Assembly: GCA_048938445.1 (NCBI GenBank)
Contig: JBHLME010000025.1
Coordinates: 1 to 42,472, forward strand
Length of the DNA: 42,472 nucleotides
Reading direction: 5' to 3'
Origin: Promethearchaeota archaeon
GTDB lineage: Archaea; Asgardarchaeota; Lokiarchaeia; Sigyniarchaeales; SOKP01
The position numbers and the translations under genes were made by a program. Under the pieces are notes generated by a model. The model ran no database searches. It was given only the letters and a program-made list of their open reading frames with translations, and was not told the DNA's origin. Position 1 is the first letter of the stretch. Every line of letters begins with the position of its first letter. Below are positions 1 to 9,663 of this stretch, piece by piece.

Positions 1-1
1 T

Positions 2-838
2 TCTAATATTGATCCATTTATAAAAGGTATGGAATTGCATGATAATATACCTGATGTCTCTTACAGTGATATAGGGGGATTAGATGAACAAATACTAGAA
101 ATTAGAGAAACTGTAGAGCTACCTTTATTAAAACCAGAATTATACAGTAGAATTGGTATCGATCCTCCAAAAGGGGTATTATTACACGGTCCTCCGGGAA
201 CGGGTAAAACTTTATTGGCAAAAGCAGTTGCACACGAAACTAAAACAACTTTTATACGAGTAATTGCATCCGAATTAGTTCAAAAATTTATTGGAGAAGG
301 AGCAAGATATGTCAGAGAAATATTTGATATGGCCAGAAGTAAAGCGCCGACGATTTTATTAATTGATGAACTAGATGCAATTGCAGGGGAAAGAATGGAA
401 GAAGCAACATCAGGAGATAGAGAAGTACAGAGAACCCTCATGCAATTATTAAGTGAATTAGATGGATTTGATAATAGGGGAGACGTGAAGATAATAGGTG
501 CTACTAATAGAATTGATATTTTAGATAGAGCAATATTAAGACCTGGTAGATTTGATAGGATTATTGAAATCCCAATTCCAAATGATATTGCCCGAGAGGC
601 TATTTTTAAAGTTCACATGAGAAAGTTAAATATCGAAGAAAATATTAGTATAAAACAATTAGTAAAGATGACTGAAGGAACAACTGGGGCCGATATTAAA
701 GCAATTTGTACAGAAGCTGGAATGTTTGCTATTAGAAAAGATATGAATATTATTAAATATGAAGATTTTATAGATGCAATTAGCAAAATTCTTAATAAAA
801 GGAGATCTGATCTAATGCTCTCTGATATTTTCATATAA
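2..838 (+). CDS. pan: Proteasome-activating nucleotidase (AAA+ ATPase), 5'-truncated by the window edge
   Basis: Walker A GPPGTGKT, Walker B LIDELD, pore loop [43 protein letters not shown]. The frame is open back to base 2 ([10 protein letters not shown]...), so the ATG at 29 is internal. Confidence 0.95.
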   Translation, partial: SNIDPFIKGMELHDNIPDVSYSDIGGLDEQILEIRETVELPLLKPELYSRIGIDPPKGVLLHGPPGTGKTLLAKAVAHETKTTFIRVIASELVQKFIGEGARYVREIFDMARSKAPTILLIDELDAIAGERMEEATSGDREVQRTLMQLLSELDGFDNRGDVKIIGATNRIDILDRAILRPGRFDRIIEIPIPNDIAREAIFKVHMRKLNIEENISIKQLVKMTEGTTGADIKAICTEAGMFAIRKDMNIIKYEDFIDAISKILNKRRSDLMLSDIFI

Positions 839-903
839 ATATCAAAAAAGATAAAAAAAAGTAACGCAAGAAAGAATCAAGTAATTATAAAAATTTGTTA
901 CAA

Positions 904-947
904 TTTATATAGAATTGATAACAACAAATGAATATTAATTCGATTCA
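904..947 (+). promoter_or_regulatory. TATA box (TTTATATA, 904-911) and candidate TetR operator (TGAAT 929-933 ... ATTCA 943-947 inverted repeat)
   Basis: TATA-like box and short inverted repeat upstream of the tetR ATG. The repeat is short and the background is AT-rich. Confidence 0.35.
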
Positions 948-975
948 ATTTTAGTGATCCAAAATTAATTAGACA

Positions 976-1608
976 ATGAGTGAGCAACCAAAAAGTAAAC
1001 TTACTTGGGCGGAAAGAAGAGAAAGAATAAAAAAAAGTAAGAGAAACCTATTTTTAATGGTCTCCCTTCAAGTTTTTGAAGAGAAAGGTTATAATCATAC
1101 TAGAATTATTGATATTGCCGAAAGAGCAGGAACTTCTGTTGGTAGTTTCTATTTTTATTTTAATAATAAAGAAGAATTACTCGAAGAGATCCTCTGGAAA
1201 TATTCTGATCTATTCATGAAACGATTGAAAAGAGAAACTAATAAGAAAAATCCCCCAATTTCCGATTTACGACGTCTATTTTTAGATTATGCAATTATAT
1301 TTAAAGAAAGAAAAAATTTAGGGTTAATTTTTCTAGAACAATTAGGTGGGATAAATAAAAAGTTTGCTTCAATGAAAACTAAACTTATTAATGATTGGTG
1401 CAAAGAATTCGAAGACATAATAATCAAACTCAGAAATAATGAAATTTCAAAGGGTTTAGAAACGGAATTATATTCTAGAATGTGGGTGGGGGCTTTATTA
1501 GAATTGGTTCATTGGTGGATGCTTTCTAATTTTAACCATGATGTTGAAACGTTAGCTGATATTGCTACGAATATTGGTCTTAATGGAATATATGGATTAA
1601 AGAACTAA
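976..1608 (+). CDS. TetR/AcrR family transcriptional regulator
   Basis: N-terminal HTH: FEEKGYNHTRIIDIAERAGTSVGSFYFYFNNKEELL. Confidence 0.93.
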   Translation: MSEQPKSKLTWAERRERIKKSKRNLFLMVSLQVFEEKGYNHTRIIDIAERAGTSVGSFYFYFNNKEELLEEILWKYSDLFMKRLKRETNKKNPPISDLRRLFLDYAIIFKERKNLGLIFLEQLGGINKKFASMKTKLINDWCKEFEDIIIKLRNNEISKGLETELYSRMWVGALLELVHWWMLSNFNHDVETLADIATNIGLNGIYGLKN

Positions 1609-1692
1609 GAAAAATCAAATTTCCTTCAAAATCTATTCTTTATAAAGTAATAACGATTTAAAACAAAAATACCATCAACAAGGAGAGTCTGA

Positions 1693-2283
1693 ATGAGTAA
1701 TGATGAATTTATATTAAGAGTTAAATCTTTTGCATTAAAGAATTCTGATCAAGATGACATACATGGATTTCCCCATGTTGAAAGAGTTTTTAATACTTGT
1801 GTTCAATTGGGAAATCAATTGAAAGCAAATATGTTAATTTTAAAAGTCTCTGCTTTACTTCATGATGTTGGTAGGATTAAAGAACATATTGACTCTAAAG
1901 GGAGAAATCACGCTAATATTTCAGCAGAAATTGCCAAAGAATATTTAAGCTCTAATCAAGACTATTTATCTAAGGATGAAATTGATCATATAATTCACTG
2001 CATAAGGGCTCATTCCTTTTCAAATAATATAAAACCAAAAACTCTTGAAGCTAAGATTTTATCTGATGCTGATAAACTAGATGCAATGGGTGCTATAGGA
2101 TTGTATAGAACCATTGGATTTACAATTAAAAATCAAAATGGTATTGATACTGTAATACAACACATGGAAGAAAAAATATTAAATTTAAAGGAGAATTTGT
2201 ATTTAAAGTCATCAAAGATATTAGCTGAACAAAGACAACAGATACTTAAAGATTTTTATGAGAAAATCAAGAAAGAAAAATAA
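1693..2283 (+). CDS. HD-domain metal-dependent phosphohydrolase
   Basis: HGFPHVERV, LLHDVGR, HS and DADKLD motifs. AGGAG ribosome-binding site upstream. Confidence 0.92.
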   Translation: MSNDEFILRVKSFALKNSDQDDIHGFPHVERVFNTCVQLGNQLKANMLILKVSALLHDVGRIKEHIDSKGRNHANISAEIAKEYLSSNQDYLSKDEIDHIIHCIRAHSFSNNIKPKTLEAKILSDADKLDAMGAIGLYRTIGFTIKNQNGIDTVIQHMEEKILNLKENLYLKSSKILAEQRQQILKDFYEKIKKEK

Positions 2284-2595
2284 ATTACCTCATCTATAGA
2301 TGATATTATAAAATAATAGAGCTAGATTTTTTTTTAATGGATATCTCGACTTGATTAAACATAAATATCAATAGATAAAAGAGATGTTCTAATAAACTTA
2401 AATTTCTCTCATTATGCGAATTTTATTATAAAGGAAGAAAGTATACCACCTTAAATATAAATACAAGAATAGTTATAATTACTTTGTTCAAGAAAGAATT
2501 AGTAACCATATCTTAAAAATACTTTAGACTGAAATAAAATAGTAATAGTATAAAAAATATATATGTAAGCTTTTATTTCAAGAGGGTAAACACAA

Positions 2596-2871
2596 TTGGA
2601 AATAATAAAGTATTTAGCATTCGTGCTTTCTAATAATATAGAGATCAGTCAAACGGCAACTATAGGTTTGATAAAATTAGCAATTAAAGATCAATTAGGA
2701 CCTTATTTTCCTCTAAATCAAGTTACTTATGATAATCTAAAAATGACAATTCAAGACTCCTTAAAAAAACGATTGATTAAATTAAAAGTTCAAAAAACTG
2801 ATAGTTTGATTGACTTACTAGTTTCAGAATTGACCAATAATCAATCATTAATCACTTTATCCGAAATTTAA
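2596..2871 (+). CDS. Small helical hypothetical protein (91 aa, TTG start)
   Basis: Purine-rich GAGGG upstream, protein-like composition, 46 bp upstream of the 7-TM gene on the same strand. Confidence 0.7.
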   Translation: MEIIKYLAFVLSNNIEISQTATIGLIKLAIKDQLGPYFPLNQVTYDNLKMTIQDSLKKRLIKLKVQKTDSLIDLLVSELTNNQSLITLSEI

Positions 2872-2917
2872 AAAAATATAATTAATTAAAAAAAAAATCA
2901 AGAGATGAAGAAAAAAT

Positions 2918-3712
2918 ATGGCAATACCACCCACTATACTAGGGATCAGTATCTATTCTTATGTAATTGCTATTCAATTTCTTATTGGATTTATTATACT
3001 ATTAAGATCTATAAAGCCAATAAAAATTTCTTCATTATTTTTAGCAATATTTAATTTTACTGCGGGAATAGCTTTCATAATGTCTGCGATGATTGTATAT
3101 ACTGATAATCCAATATGGTACATGAATTTTATAATTTTTACTTACTTAGAAAATTTATTTTTATCGATTTTCACTCAAAATACATTTTATAAGGAAAAAA
3201 AGAGCCCCTTCCTCATTATTTTAATCATCTTAACAATGACTCTCATAATAATGATTATTGTTCTATTAAATAATCCAAATCCTTATATAATGGCATTTAA
3301 TTCAAGGTTAATATTAAGTATATTATTTTCAATTCAATATCTCATCATAGGAATATGGTATGGGTATATTTCATTAAAACAGTATTACAAATATAAGAAA
3401 GTAGCGATTAGACCTTGGATAAAAATGCGATATTTACTTGGAGGAATTGCCGCCCTAGCATTTGGAATGATTGGCCCTAGTATATTTATCTATACTATTG
3501 CTACAATTGATAGCTTTAATCCTAATCATTTGTTACTTTTAATCTCACTCATCACTTCAGTTATTCTTATGAATATCTTTTCAATAGGATCGTTAATTAC
3601 TTGGGTGATGCCTAAAAGATTAAAAAAACTTTTTGAGAGGAAATTCATCCAAATTAAGTATGAAGATTTATCAGAAGAAGAAATTGAAAAGGAATTTTTA
3701 AATAACATGTAA
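2918..3712 (+). CDS. 7-transmembrane protein of unknown function
   Basis: Seven hydrophobic segments by eye, then a basic amphipathic segment (PKRLKKLFERK) and an acidic tail. Confidence 0.8.
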   Translation: MAIPPTILGISIYSYVIAIQFLIGFIILLRSIKPIKISSLFLAIFNFTAGIAFIMSAMIVYTDNPIWYMNFIIFTYLENLFLSIFTQNTFYKEKKSPFLIILIILTMTLIIMIIVLLNNPNPYIMAFNSRLILSILFSIQYLIIGIWYGYISLKQYYKYKKVAIRPWIKMRYLLGGIAALAFGMIGPSIFIYTIATIDSFNPNHLLLLISLITSVILMNIFSIGSLITWVMPKRLKKLFERKFIQIKYEDLSEEEIEKEFLNNM

Positions 3713-3733
3713 ATTAAATGATTTTATCTGATT

Positions 3734-4768
3734 TTAGAATCTTTTCAGTTTTGTTGGATATGCTTTAAAAGGCGTAGGAGGTTCCTGACTCATCCATTCT
3801 ATTTTTTCATCTAATTGAGAAAGTGAAAGTAATAAGTCATATGTTAACCATTTTGAGGCAGAAGGTTGCGGTTTATAAGTCCACATCCCGTATTTGGTTT
3901 TTTCCTCTATTACAAACTCAATAAAGTTTTTCACTCTTGAATCTTCTACACTAGCTCCTATTCTCCAGCATAGATTTAAAAGGTGTGCAATATCAAATTT
4001 GGCCATGAAGGTTATCATACCAATGGACTTTTCTAATCCCATTAAGCGGGCAATATTGAAACCCATGCTTGTCCGTAATTTCATATCTGTAGATAATATT
4101 AAATCTAATGCTTTCTTGGCTTCTCCACTATTCTTTCTCTTTGGATGATACGCTAAACAAGTTAATGCTGCTGTGGTGTTAGACCGGCATCCCCATCTTG
4201 AATGTGCAAGCCGACGATAACCCGCTATTCCTCCATAATTTCCCGCACTTATCCCTACAGGCCAAGCACCATCATCTAATCTTTGAGCTAATAACCATTC
4301 ATATGCCTTTTCTGATCGCTCATCTAATCCATATCCACTCATTGCTAAACCTAGTAAGGGTATGGCTGTTTGGACTGGCATCATTTGATATCCCTGCTCA
4401 TCATCTGAGAGCAAATTTTTATTAGGTATTGGCCAAGAGCCATCCTCTTCTTGTTTTGAAAAGAGATATTCTGCCGCATTTTGTATGAAGGAATATTTAT
4501 CATCAAATCCTAAATATCCAAGACGTTGGAGCACTAATGATGTAATGTAAATATTTTCAGTTTTTCCTACTATAGTCATTCCAAAAGAATCCCATGCTCC
4601 ATTTTCTCGTTGCAGGTTTAGCATTTCTAATACAAGTGGATCGAATTCTCTTAAAATTTGAAGTTCCTTTACTTCAGGATCACTATCTGGTTTATTTAAT
4701 AATTTTTTTAAAACTAAGTATCGCAAGCAATGAGATCTGTCCGTTAGTAAAAGTGGAATCCACGTCAT
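3734..4768 (-). CDS. Prenyltransferase/squalene oxidase-repeat (QW-motif alpha/alpha barrel) protein
   Basis: QW-like repeats LNLQRENGAW, FSKQEEDGSW and LAQRLDDGAW. No DxDD cyclase motif. ATGA overlap with the upstream uvrA-like gene. Confidence 0.8.
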   Translation of the reverse strand: MTWIPLLLTDRSHCLRYLVLKKLLNKPDSDPEVKELQILREFDPLVLEMLNLQRENGAWDSFGMTIVGKTENIYITSLVLQRLGYLGFDDKYSFIQNAAEYLFSKQEEDGSWPIPNKNLLSDDEQGYQMMPVQTAIPLLGLAMSGYGLDERSEKAYEWLLAQRLDDGAWPVGISAGNYGGIAGYRRLAHSRWGCRSNTTAALTCLAYHPKRKNSGEAKKALDLILSTDMKLRTSMGFNIARLMGLEKSIGMITFMAKFDIAHLLNLCWRIGASVEDSRVKNFIEFVIEEKTKYGMWTYKPQPSASKWLTYDLLLSLSQLDEKIEWMSQEPPTPFKAYPTKLKRF

Positions 4769-7700
4769 TTTTTTTCCTCCATGATATTTCTAATATAAGA
4801 TGCTATGGGTGTGTTTCCTTTAGCAATCATTTCTGGAGGGCCACTCGCAATAATTTTCCCTCCCTTGGGACCCCCTCCTGGTCCTAATTCAATTAACCAG
4901 TCACAAGATGCCAAAATATGAGGATGATGTTCGATTATTATTACTCCATGACCATTTTCAACTAAAAATTGTAAGATATTAACCAATCTAGAAATATCTT
5001 CTAAATGTTGACCAATACTGGGCTCATCAAGAATAAATAGGGCTTTTTTAGTTGTTTTTTTACTTAATTCTTTAGCAATCTTTAACCGCTGAGCTTCACC
5101 TCCAGAAAGTGTTCGAGCAGGTTGATTTAAAATTAAGTATCCAAGTCCCACCTCCATAGCCATTTTTAATTTTGCTTTAATGGTCTCTTGATCCTTAAAT
5201 TTATGATAGGCATCTTCAATGGATAATTCATTTACTTGAGCTAAATTAATATCATTATAGTATACCTGTGATGCTTCCGCTTGGAATCCCTTGCCCTGAC
5301 AAGCATCGCATTTTTCTGATATGTTAGGTAGGAAATTCATGTCAATTTTAATGAATCCATTACCTTTACAAGCTGAACAAGGTTTTCCTAAAACTTTTTC
5401 AGTTAATCCTAAAATATGAGCATCTTCCGTGTCAGCAAAAATTTTTAATATCAGTTTTTTTAATCCTAAAAACGTGAGTGGATTTCCTATTTTTGCTTTA
5501 GTTTGGTCTATTATAATAGTATGGGTTGGTGCGCCTTCAATTCTTTCATGAAGTCCTGGTTCTATCGGTTCATGGGCTACGGAAGTAGTAATCTTTTTTG
5601 GAACTAGGATTCTCCCTAAAATATCAATTAGCAGAGAACTCTTCCCAGATCCAGAGACTCCGCAAAATCCTACTAGTAAACCAAGAGGGATCTCAAGAAA
5701 ATCAATTTTTAAATTGTTTTCCCTTGCACCATAGAGTTTTAACCATTGTTTTGGAACTCTCTGTTTTTTCGTAAGATTAAATTTTTTCTTACCATTAAGC
5801 CACTGACCCGTTAAAGTGTTAGATTTCTTGATTTCTTCTAATGTACCTTTTGCAACGATCTCACCTCCTCGAGATCCCGAATTAGGACCTATATCAATTA
5901 TGTAATCCGCTGCTTCCATGAATAGTATGTCATGTTCAATAACTATAATCGTATTACCCTTTTCACGTAATTCTACTAATATATTAATAAGGGATTGAAT
6001 TTCAGAAGGATGCAATCCTCTAGAGGGCTCGTCTAATAAAACTGTAAGGTTGGTTAAATCACTTCCTACTAAATTAGCTAATCGAACTCTCTGAGCCTCT
6101 CCCGCCGATAATGTCTGAGCTAACCTATTTAAATTGAGATACCCTAAACCCGTTTTTATTAAGAAATTTAATTTTGTAAGAATGACTTTTAAACTATTTT
6201 GAACAAATCCAATATTAATATTCTTTAAAGATATCTTTTTTAGATGGAATTTAAGCTCCTCTAATGAGCTTTCACTTAATTCATAGATATTCTTACCATT
6301 TATCGTAACTTCTAAATATTCAGGGCGTAATTTAGTTCCATCACACGCTTTACATGGAATTATATCACTATAAGTTCCCCCTATATCCCAATCTCTTAAC
6401 CATTGTTCATAGAATCCATCAAATTTTAGTTTTGATTCAGTTATAACTCCTTTTTTATTCTCATATACAAGATTAAGTAATACCTCTGTTCCATATAGAA
6501 AAGCATTTTTTGCCTCACTTGTCATTTCATTCCAAGGGGTTTTAAACGGATCAAATCCAAATTTTTCAGCAAGTGCTTGAACGATATAATATCCCCCATT
6601 ATATGGCTTGCATAAATATCCTTTGGGAAAAAATCCTGGAGAATACATTGCACCCCCACATAATGGTTTTTCAGGATGAATTATTAACTTTTCGGGATTA
6701 GGAATATGTAAAAATCCAACACCATTACATTTTTGGCAAGCAGCAGAATAATTGGAGGAAATGAAATGTTTAGGTTGCGCAATTCTTCTCGTAATATTAC
6801 AGTTCTTGCAAATCCACATTTCATTTCTTAGCATCTTTTCTCCACATTCAGAACAGGTTAAAACTCCAACATGAGAAAAAAGGTTTGCTAAATAATTGGT
6901 AATGTTTGTAACATTTCCTATATCATGTCTGACATTTTGAAACCAACTACTTATTAATTTTTCTGGTGTTATGGAAGTCGTCATGCCTAATCCACTTATT
7001 TCATCGACCAAAGCTTCAGATGTTTCCTTAGTGCTTTGGCGCTCATACATCGAAAGGGTTTCTAAATACCTCCTTTTTGCCTCAGCCTCTAATGTATTTA
7101 TGACTAAACTGGATTTTCCCGATCCAGAAACTCCTGTAACAACTGTAAACTTATTTTTAGGAATATCTACATTGATATTTTTTAGATTATGAATCCGTGC
7201 ATTTTTTATTTTAATATGAGGAGAGCTAAATGCTTTTTTTGGTGCTTTTTTCTCAAAAGTAAGCGTGTCTTCCATTAATAATGCTTTAGCGGTAAGAGAC
7301 TCTTTATTTTCCAATAAACTTGATAAAGGCCCTTCATGTATCACCTTTCCTCCGTTTGGTCCAGAACCCGGGCCAAGATCTATGATCCAATCCGCAGCCC
7401 TGATAATATCAATGTTATGTTCAATAATTATTATGGTAGCTCCTGCTTTAATCAAATTATTAAGGACTAATAATAATCCATTAAGGTCTTGAGGATGTAA
7501 ACCAGTTGATGGCTCATCGAGAAGGATTATCTGATTTTTAAGAATTGTTCTACCAAGATATTTTGATAATTTAATTCTTTGAGCTTCCCCTCCTGATAAT
7601 GTAGGAGAGGGTTGTCCCAGGGATAAGTAACCCAGCCCTATATCAGAGAGGGCCTTTAGCATTCGGTTTACTGAATCAACTTCTCCAACGGGTATTCTTG

Positions 7701-9636
7701 TTTCTGTTTTGAACAATTCTTGTATTTCTGAAATTGAATGATCATAAAAGTCAGCAATGGAAAGCTTTTTTTCTCCGAAGCTTATTTTTTCTGATAAGAT
7801 CTCATCAGAAAACCGTTTTCCATCACAATCAGAACACTTGATCCATGTTGATGGTAAATAGCGCATTTTAATTTCAATTGAACCCATTCCCTTGCAAGTA
7901 AGGCAAGCACCTGCCTCTGTATTGAAAGAAAAATGGGTTGCCGTATATGATGACTCCTTAGCATATAGATTTCTAATATAATCTGCAATTTTTGTATAAG
8001 TTGCTGGATTTGAACGAGGATTTTTGCCAATGGGTCCTTGATCCACCAAGACAGCTTTTAACCCAAATCCATCAATCGCTTTACATCCGATGGCTTTCTT
8101 TTTATGCAAGGAGGGGTATAAAACATGCTCTATAAGCGTGCTTTTTCCTGAACCAGAAACACCTGTAATGACTGTCAGTCTATTTAAAGGAATGATAACA
8201 TCAATATTTTTCAAATTATGCATGTGAGCTCCTTTAATTTTTAAGAATTTTTGGGGTTTAGGGCGATGTTTTGGGATGTTTACTTTATCCCGCAAGCTAA
8301 AATATTTTCCCGATGATGTGTTTGCTTTCCAAAGTCCTAAAGGTTTACCTACAAAAAGTATTTCACCCCCTTCCATTCCTGCTCCAGGACCTAAATCTAT
8401 AACATGATCGGCATGAATGGCGGCTTGTCGATCATGCTCGATATATATAACCGGGCCTTTTAATTCATCAAAAATTGGGAGTAATCGTGCAACATCCGAT
8501 GGATGTTGACCGATAGTAGGTTCATCTAATATATGAGTTATATCTTCTAATTCACTTAATAATGCCATGGCTAAACGAATTCTCTGAGATTCACCACGAG
8601 ACAAAGTGGGCATACTCCTAATTAATGTTAAATAATCTAAACCTACAGTAAGTAATGCTTTTAATCGCCGTGTGATTTCATAAACCAACCGATCAGATGC
8701 ATAAATATCTGCTTCATTAAATAATTGGTCTATTTCTCTAATTGTCAGGTCTAAAAGTTCATTAAATAGAAGTCCAGACCATTTTACTGTTGATGCAAAG
8801 GGATGTAAACCAGTATGATTGCAATTAGCACATCCTTTTCCTTGACAGTAAGGACAACTAAAGTTAAAATGTGTTGGTTCTAAATTACTGAGCCATGTTC
8901 CACATTCAATGCAGACTTGTACTCGAGCAATTTTTTTATTTATCGTCTCTCCATTGATTATTAGAGAATTAGCACCAAGAGATGCTGACAATTCAATAAG
9001 CTTACGAATTTCATTTATATTGCTTGTCTTTTGAATGATTCCAATTTTAATTTGAATCGAATGAGGAATCTTCGGATCTAAATCTCTTTTATTCCAAGGT
9101 TTGTTATCAATGATAATTTCTTCTACTGGAAAATTGTTTTCCAATAAATCAATAAGGGTTTTATGGCTTCCTAAAACCTTATTAACCAATTCCGCACACA
9201 ATTCAATATCTTCCTTTTTTGAAATTCCTAATAGTTCCACTACTATTTCTTCTTCCTTAAGAAAGTGAATTGCTTCTCCACAATGATGACATTTTCTGAC
9301 CCCATATCTTGAAAAAAGTAATTTAAATAACGGAATTAATCCTGTGGCAGATGCTACAATTGAATTTGGATTTCGATTGAGAAGATTTTGACCTAAAGCA
9401 ATGGTTGGGCCTAATCCAGTAACGCGATCAACTTTGGCGGGATTGAGCTGTAAATTATCTTTTCTAACAGAAAATGCTTCAAGGAATCGCCGCCTGGCCT
9501 CTTTATATAATGTATCAAAAATTAATGAAGTTTTTCCAGAGCCAGATATTCCGGTAACTACGGTTATTCCGTCCTCAATGGTAACATTAATATTTTTGAG
9601 GTTGTTTTCTTTTGCACCTTCTATTTTAATGACCAT
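4765..9636 (-). CDS. Double-length UvrA-like protein (two fused UvrA modules, four ABC ATPase domains)
   Basis: Four (E/H)NNLK/HNLK-type starts, four GxSGSGK(S/T) Walker A motifs, signatures LSRG/LSGG/LSAG/LSGG, four LDEP Walker B motifs, four IEH switches and several CxxC Zn modules. Confidence 0.92.
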   Translation of the reverse strand: MVIKIEGAKENNLKNINVTIEDGITVVTGISGSGKTSLIFDTLYKEARRRFLEAFSVRKDNLQLNPAKVDRVTGLGPTIALGQNLLNRNPNSIVASATGLIPLFKLLFSRYGVRKCHHCGEAIHFLKEEEIVVELLGISKKEDIELCAELVNKVLGSHKTLIDLLENNFPVEEIIIDNKPWNKRDLDPKIPHSIQIKIGIIQKTSNINEIRKLIELSASLGANSLIINGETINKKIARVQVCIECGTWLSNLEPTHFNFSCPYCQGKGCANCNHTGLHPFASTVKWSGLLFNELLDLTIREIDQLFNEADIYASDRLVYEITRRLKALLTVGLDYLTLIRSMPTLSRGESQRIRLAMALLSELEDITHILDEPTIGQHPSDVARLLPIFDELKGPVIYIEHDRQAAIHADHVIDLGPGAGMEGGEILFVGKPLGLWKANTSSGKYFSLRDKVNIPKHRPKPQKFLKIKGAHMHNLKNIDVIIPLNRLTVITGVSGSGKSTLIEHVLYPSLHKKKAIGCKAIDGFGLKAVLVDQGPIGKNPRSNPATYTKIADYIRNLYAKESSYTATHFSFNTEAGACLTCKGMGSIEIKMRYLPSTWIKCSDCDGKRFSDEILSEKISFGEKKLSIADFYDHSISEIQELFKTETRIPVGEVDSVNRMLKALSDIGLGYLSLGQPSPTLSGGEAQRIKLSKYLGRTILKNQIILLDEPSTGLHPQDLNGLLLVLNNLIKAGATIIIIEHNIDIIRAADWIIDLGPGSGPNGGKVIHEGPLSSLLENKESLTAKALLMEDTLTFEKKAPKKAFSSPHIKIKNARIHNLKNINVDIPKNKFTVVTGVSGSGKSSLVINTLEAEAKRRYLETLSMYERQSTKETSEALVDEISGLGMTTSITPEKLISSWFQNVRHDIGNVTNITNYLANLFSHVGVLTCSECGEKMLRNEMWICKNCNITRRIAQPKHFISSNYSAACQKCNGVGFLHIPNPEKLIIHPEKPLCGGAMYSPGFFPKGYLCKPYNGGYYIVQALAEKFGFDPFKTPWNEMTSEAKNAFLYGTEVLLNLVYENKKGVITESKLKFDGFYEQWLRDWDIGGTYSDIIPCKACDGTKLRPEYLEVTINGKNIYELSESSLEELKFHLKKISLKNINIGFVQNSLKVILTKLNFLIKTGLGYLNLNRLAQTLSAGEAQRVRLANLVGSDLTNLTVLLDEPSRGLHPSEIQSLINILVELREKGNTIIVIEHDILFMEAADYIIDIGPNSGSRGGEIVAKGTLEEIKKSNTLTGQWLNGKKKFNLTKKQRVPKQWLKLYGARENNLKIDFLEIPLGLLVGFCGVSGSGKSSLLIDILGRILVPKKITTSVAHEPIEPGLHERIEGAPTHTIIIDQTKAKIGNPLTFLGLKKLILKIFADTEDAHILGLTEKVLGKPCSACKGNGFIKIDMNFLPNISEKCDACQGKGFQAEASQVYYNDINLAQVNELSIEDAYHKFKDQETIKAKLKMAMEVGLGYLILNQPARTLSGGEAQRLKIAKELSKKTTKKALFILDEPSIGQHLEDISRLVNILQFLVENGHGVIIIEHHPHILASCDWLIELGPGGGPKGGKIIASGPPEMIAKGNTPIASYIRNIMEEKK

Positions 9637-9663
9637 AACTTCTCAATATAAAAAAGTAAAAAT

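Noticed and set aside
2918-3712. Microbial rhodopsin
   Set aside because: No retinal-binding Lys motif within TM7.
3734-4768. Squalene-hopene or oxidosqualene cyclase
   Set aside because: About half the expected length and no DxDD/DCTAE catalytic motif.
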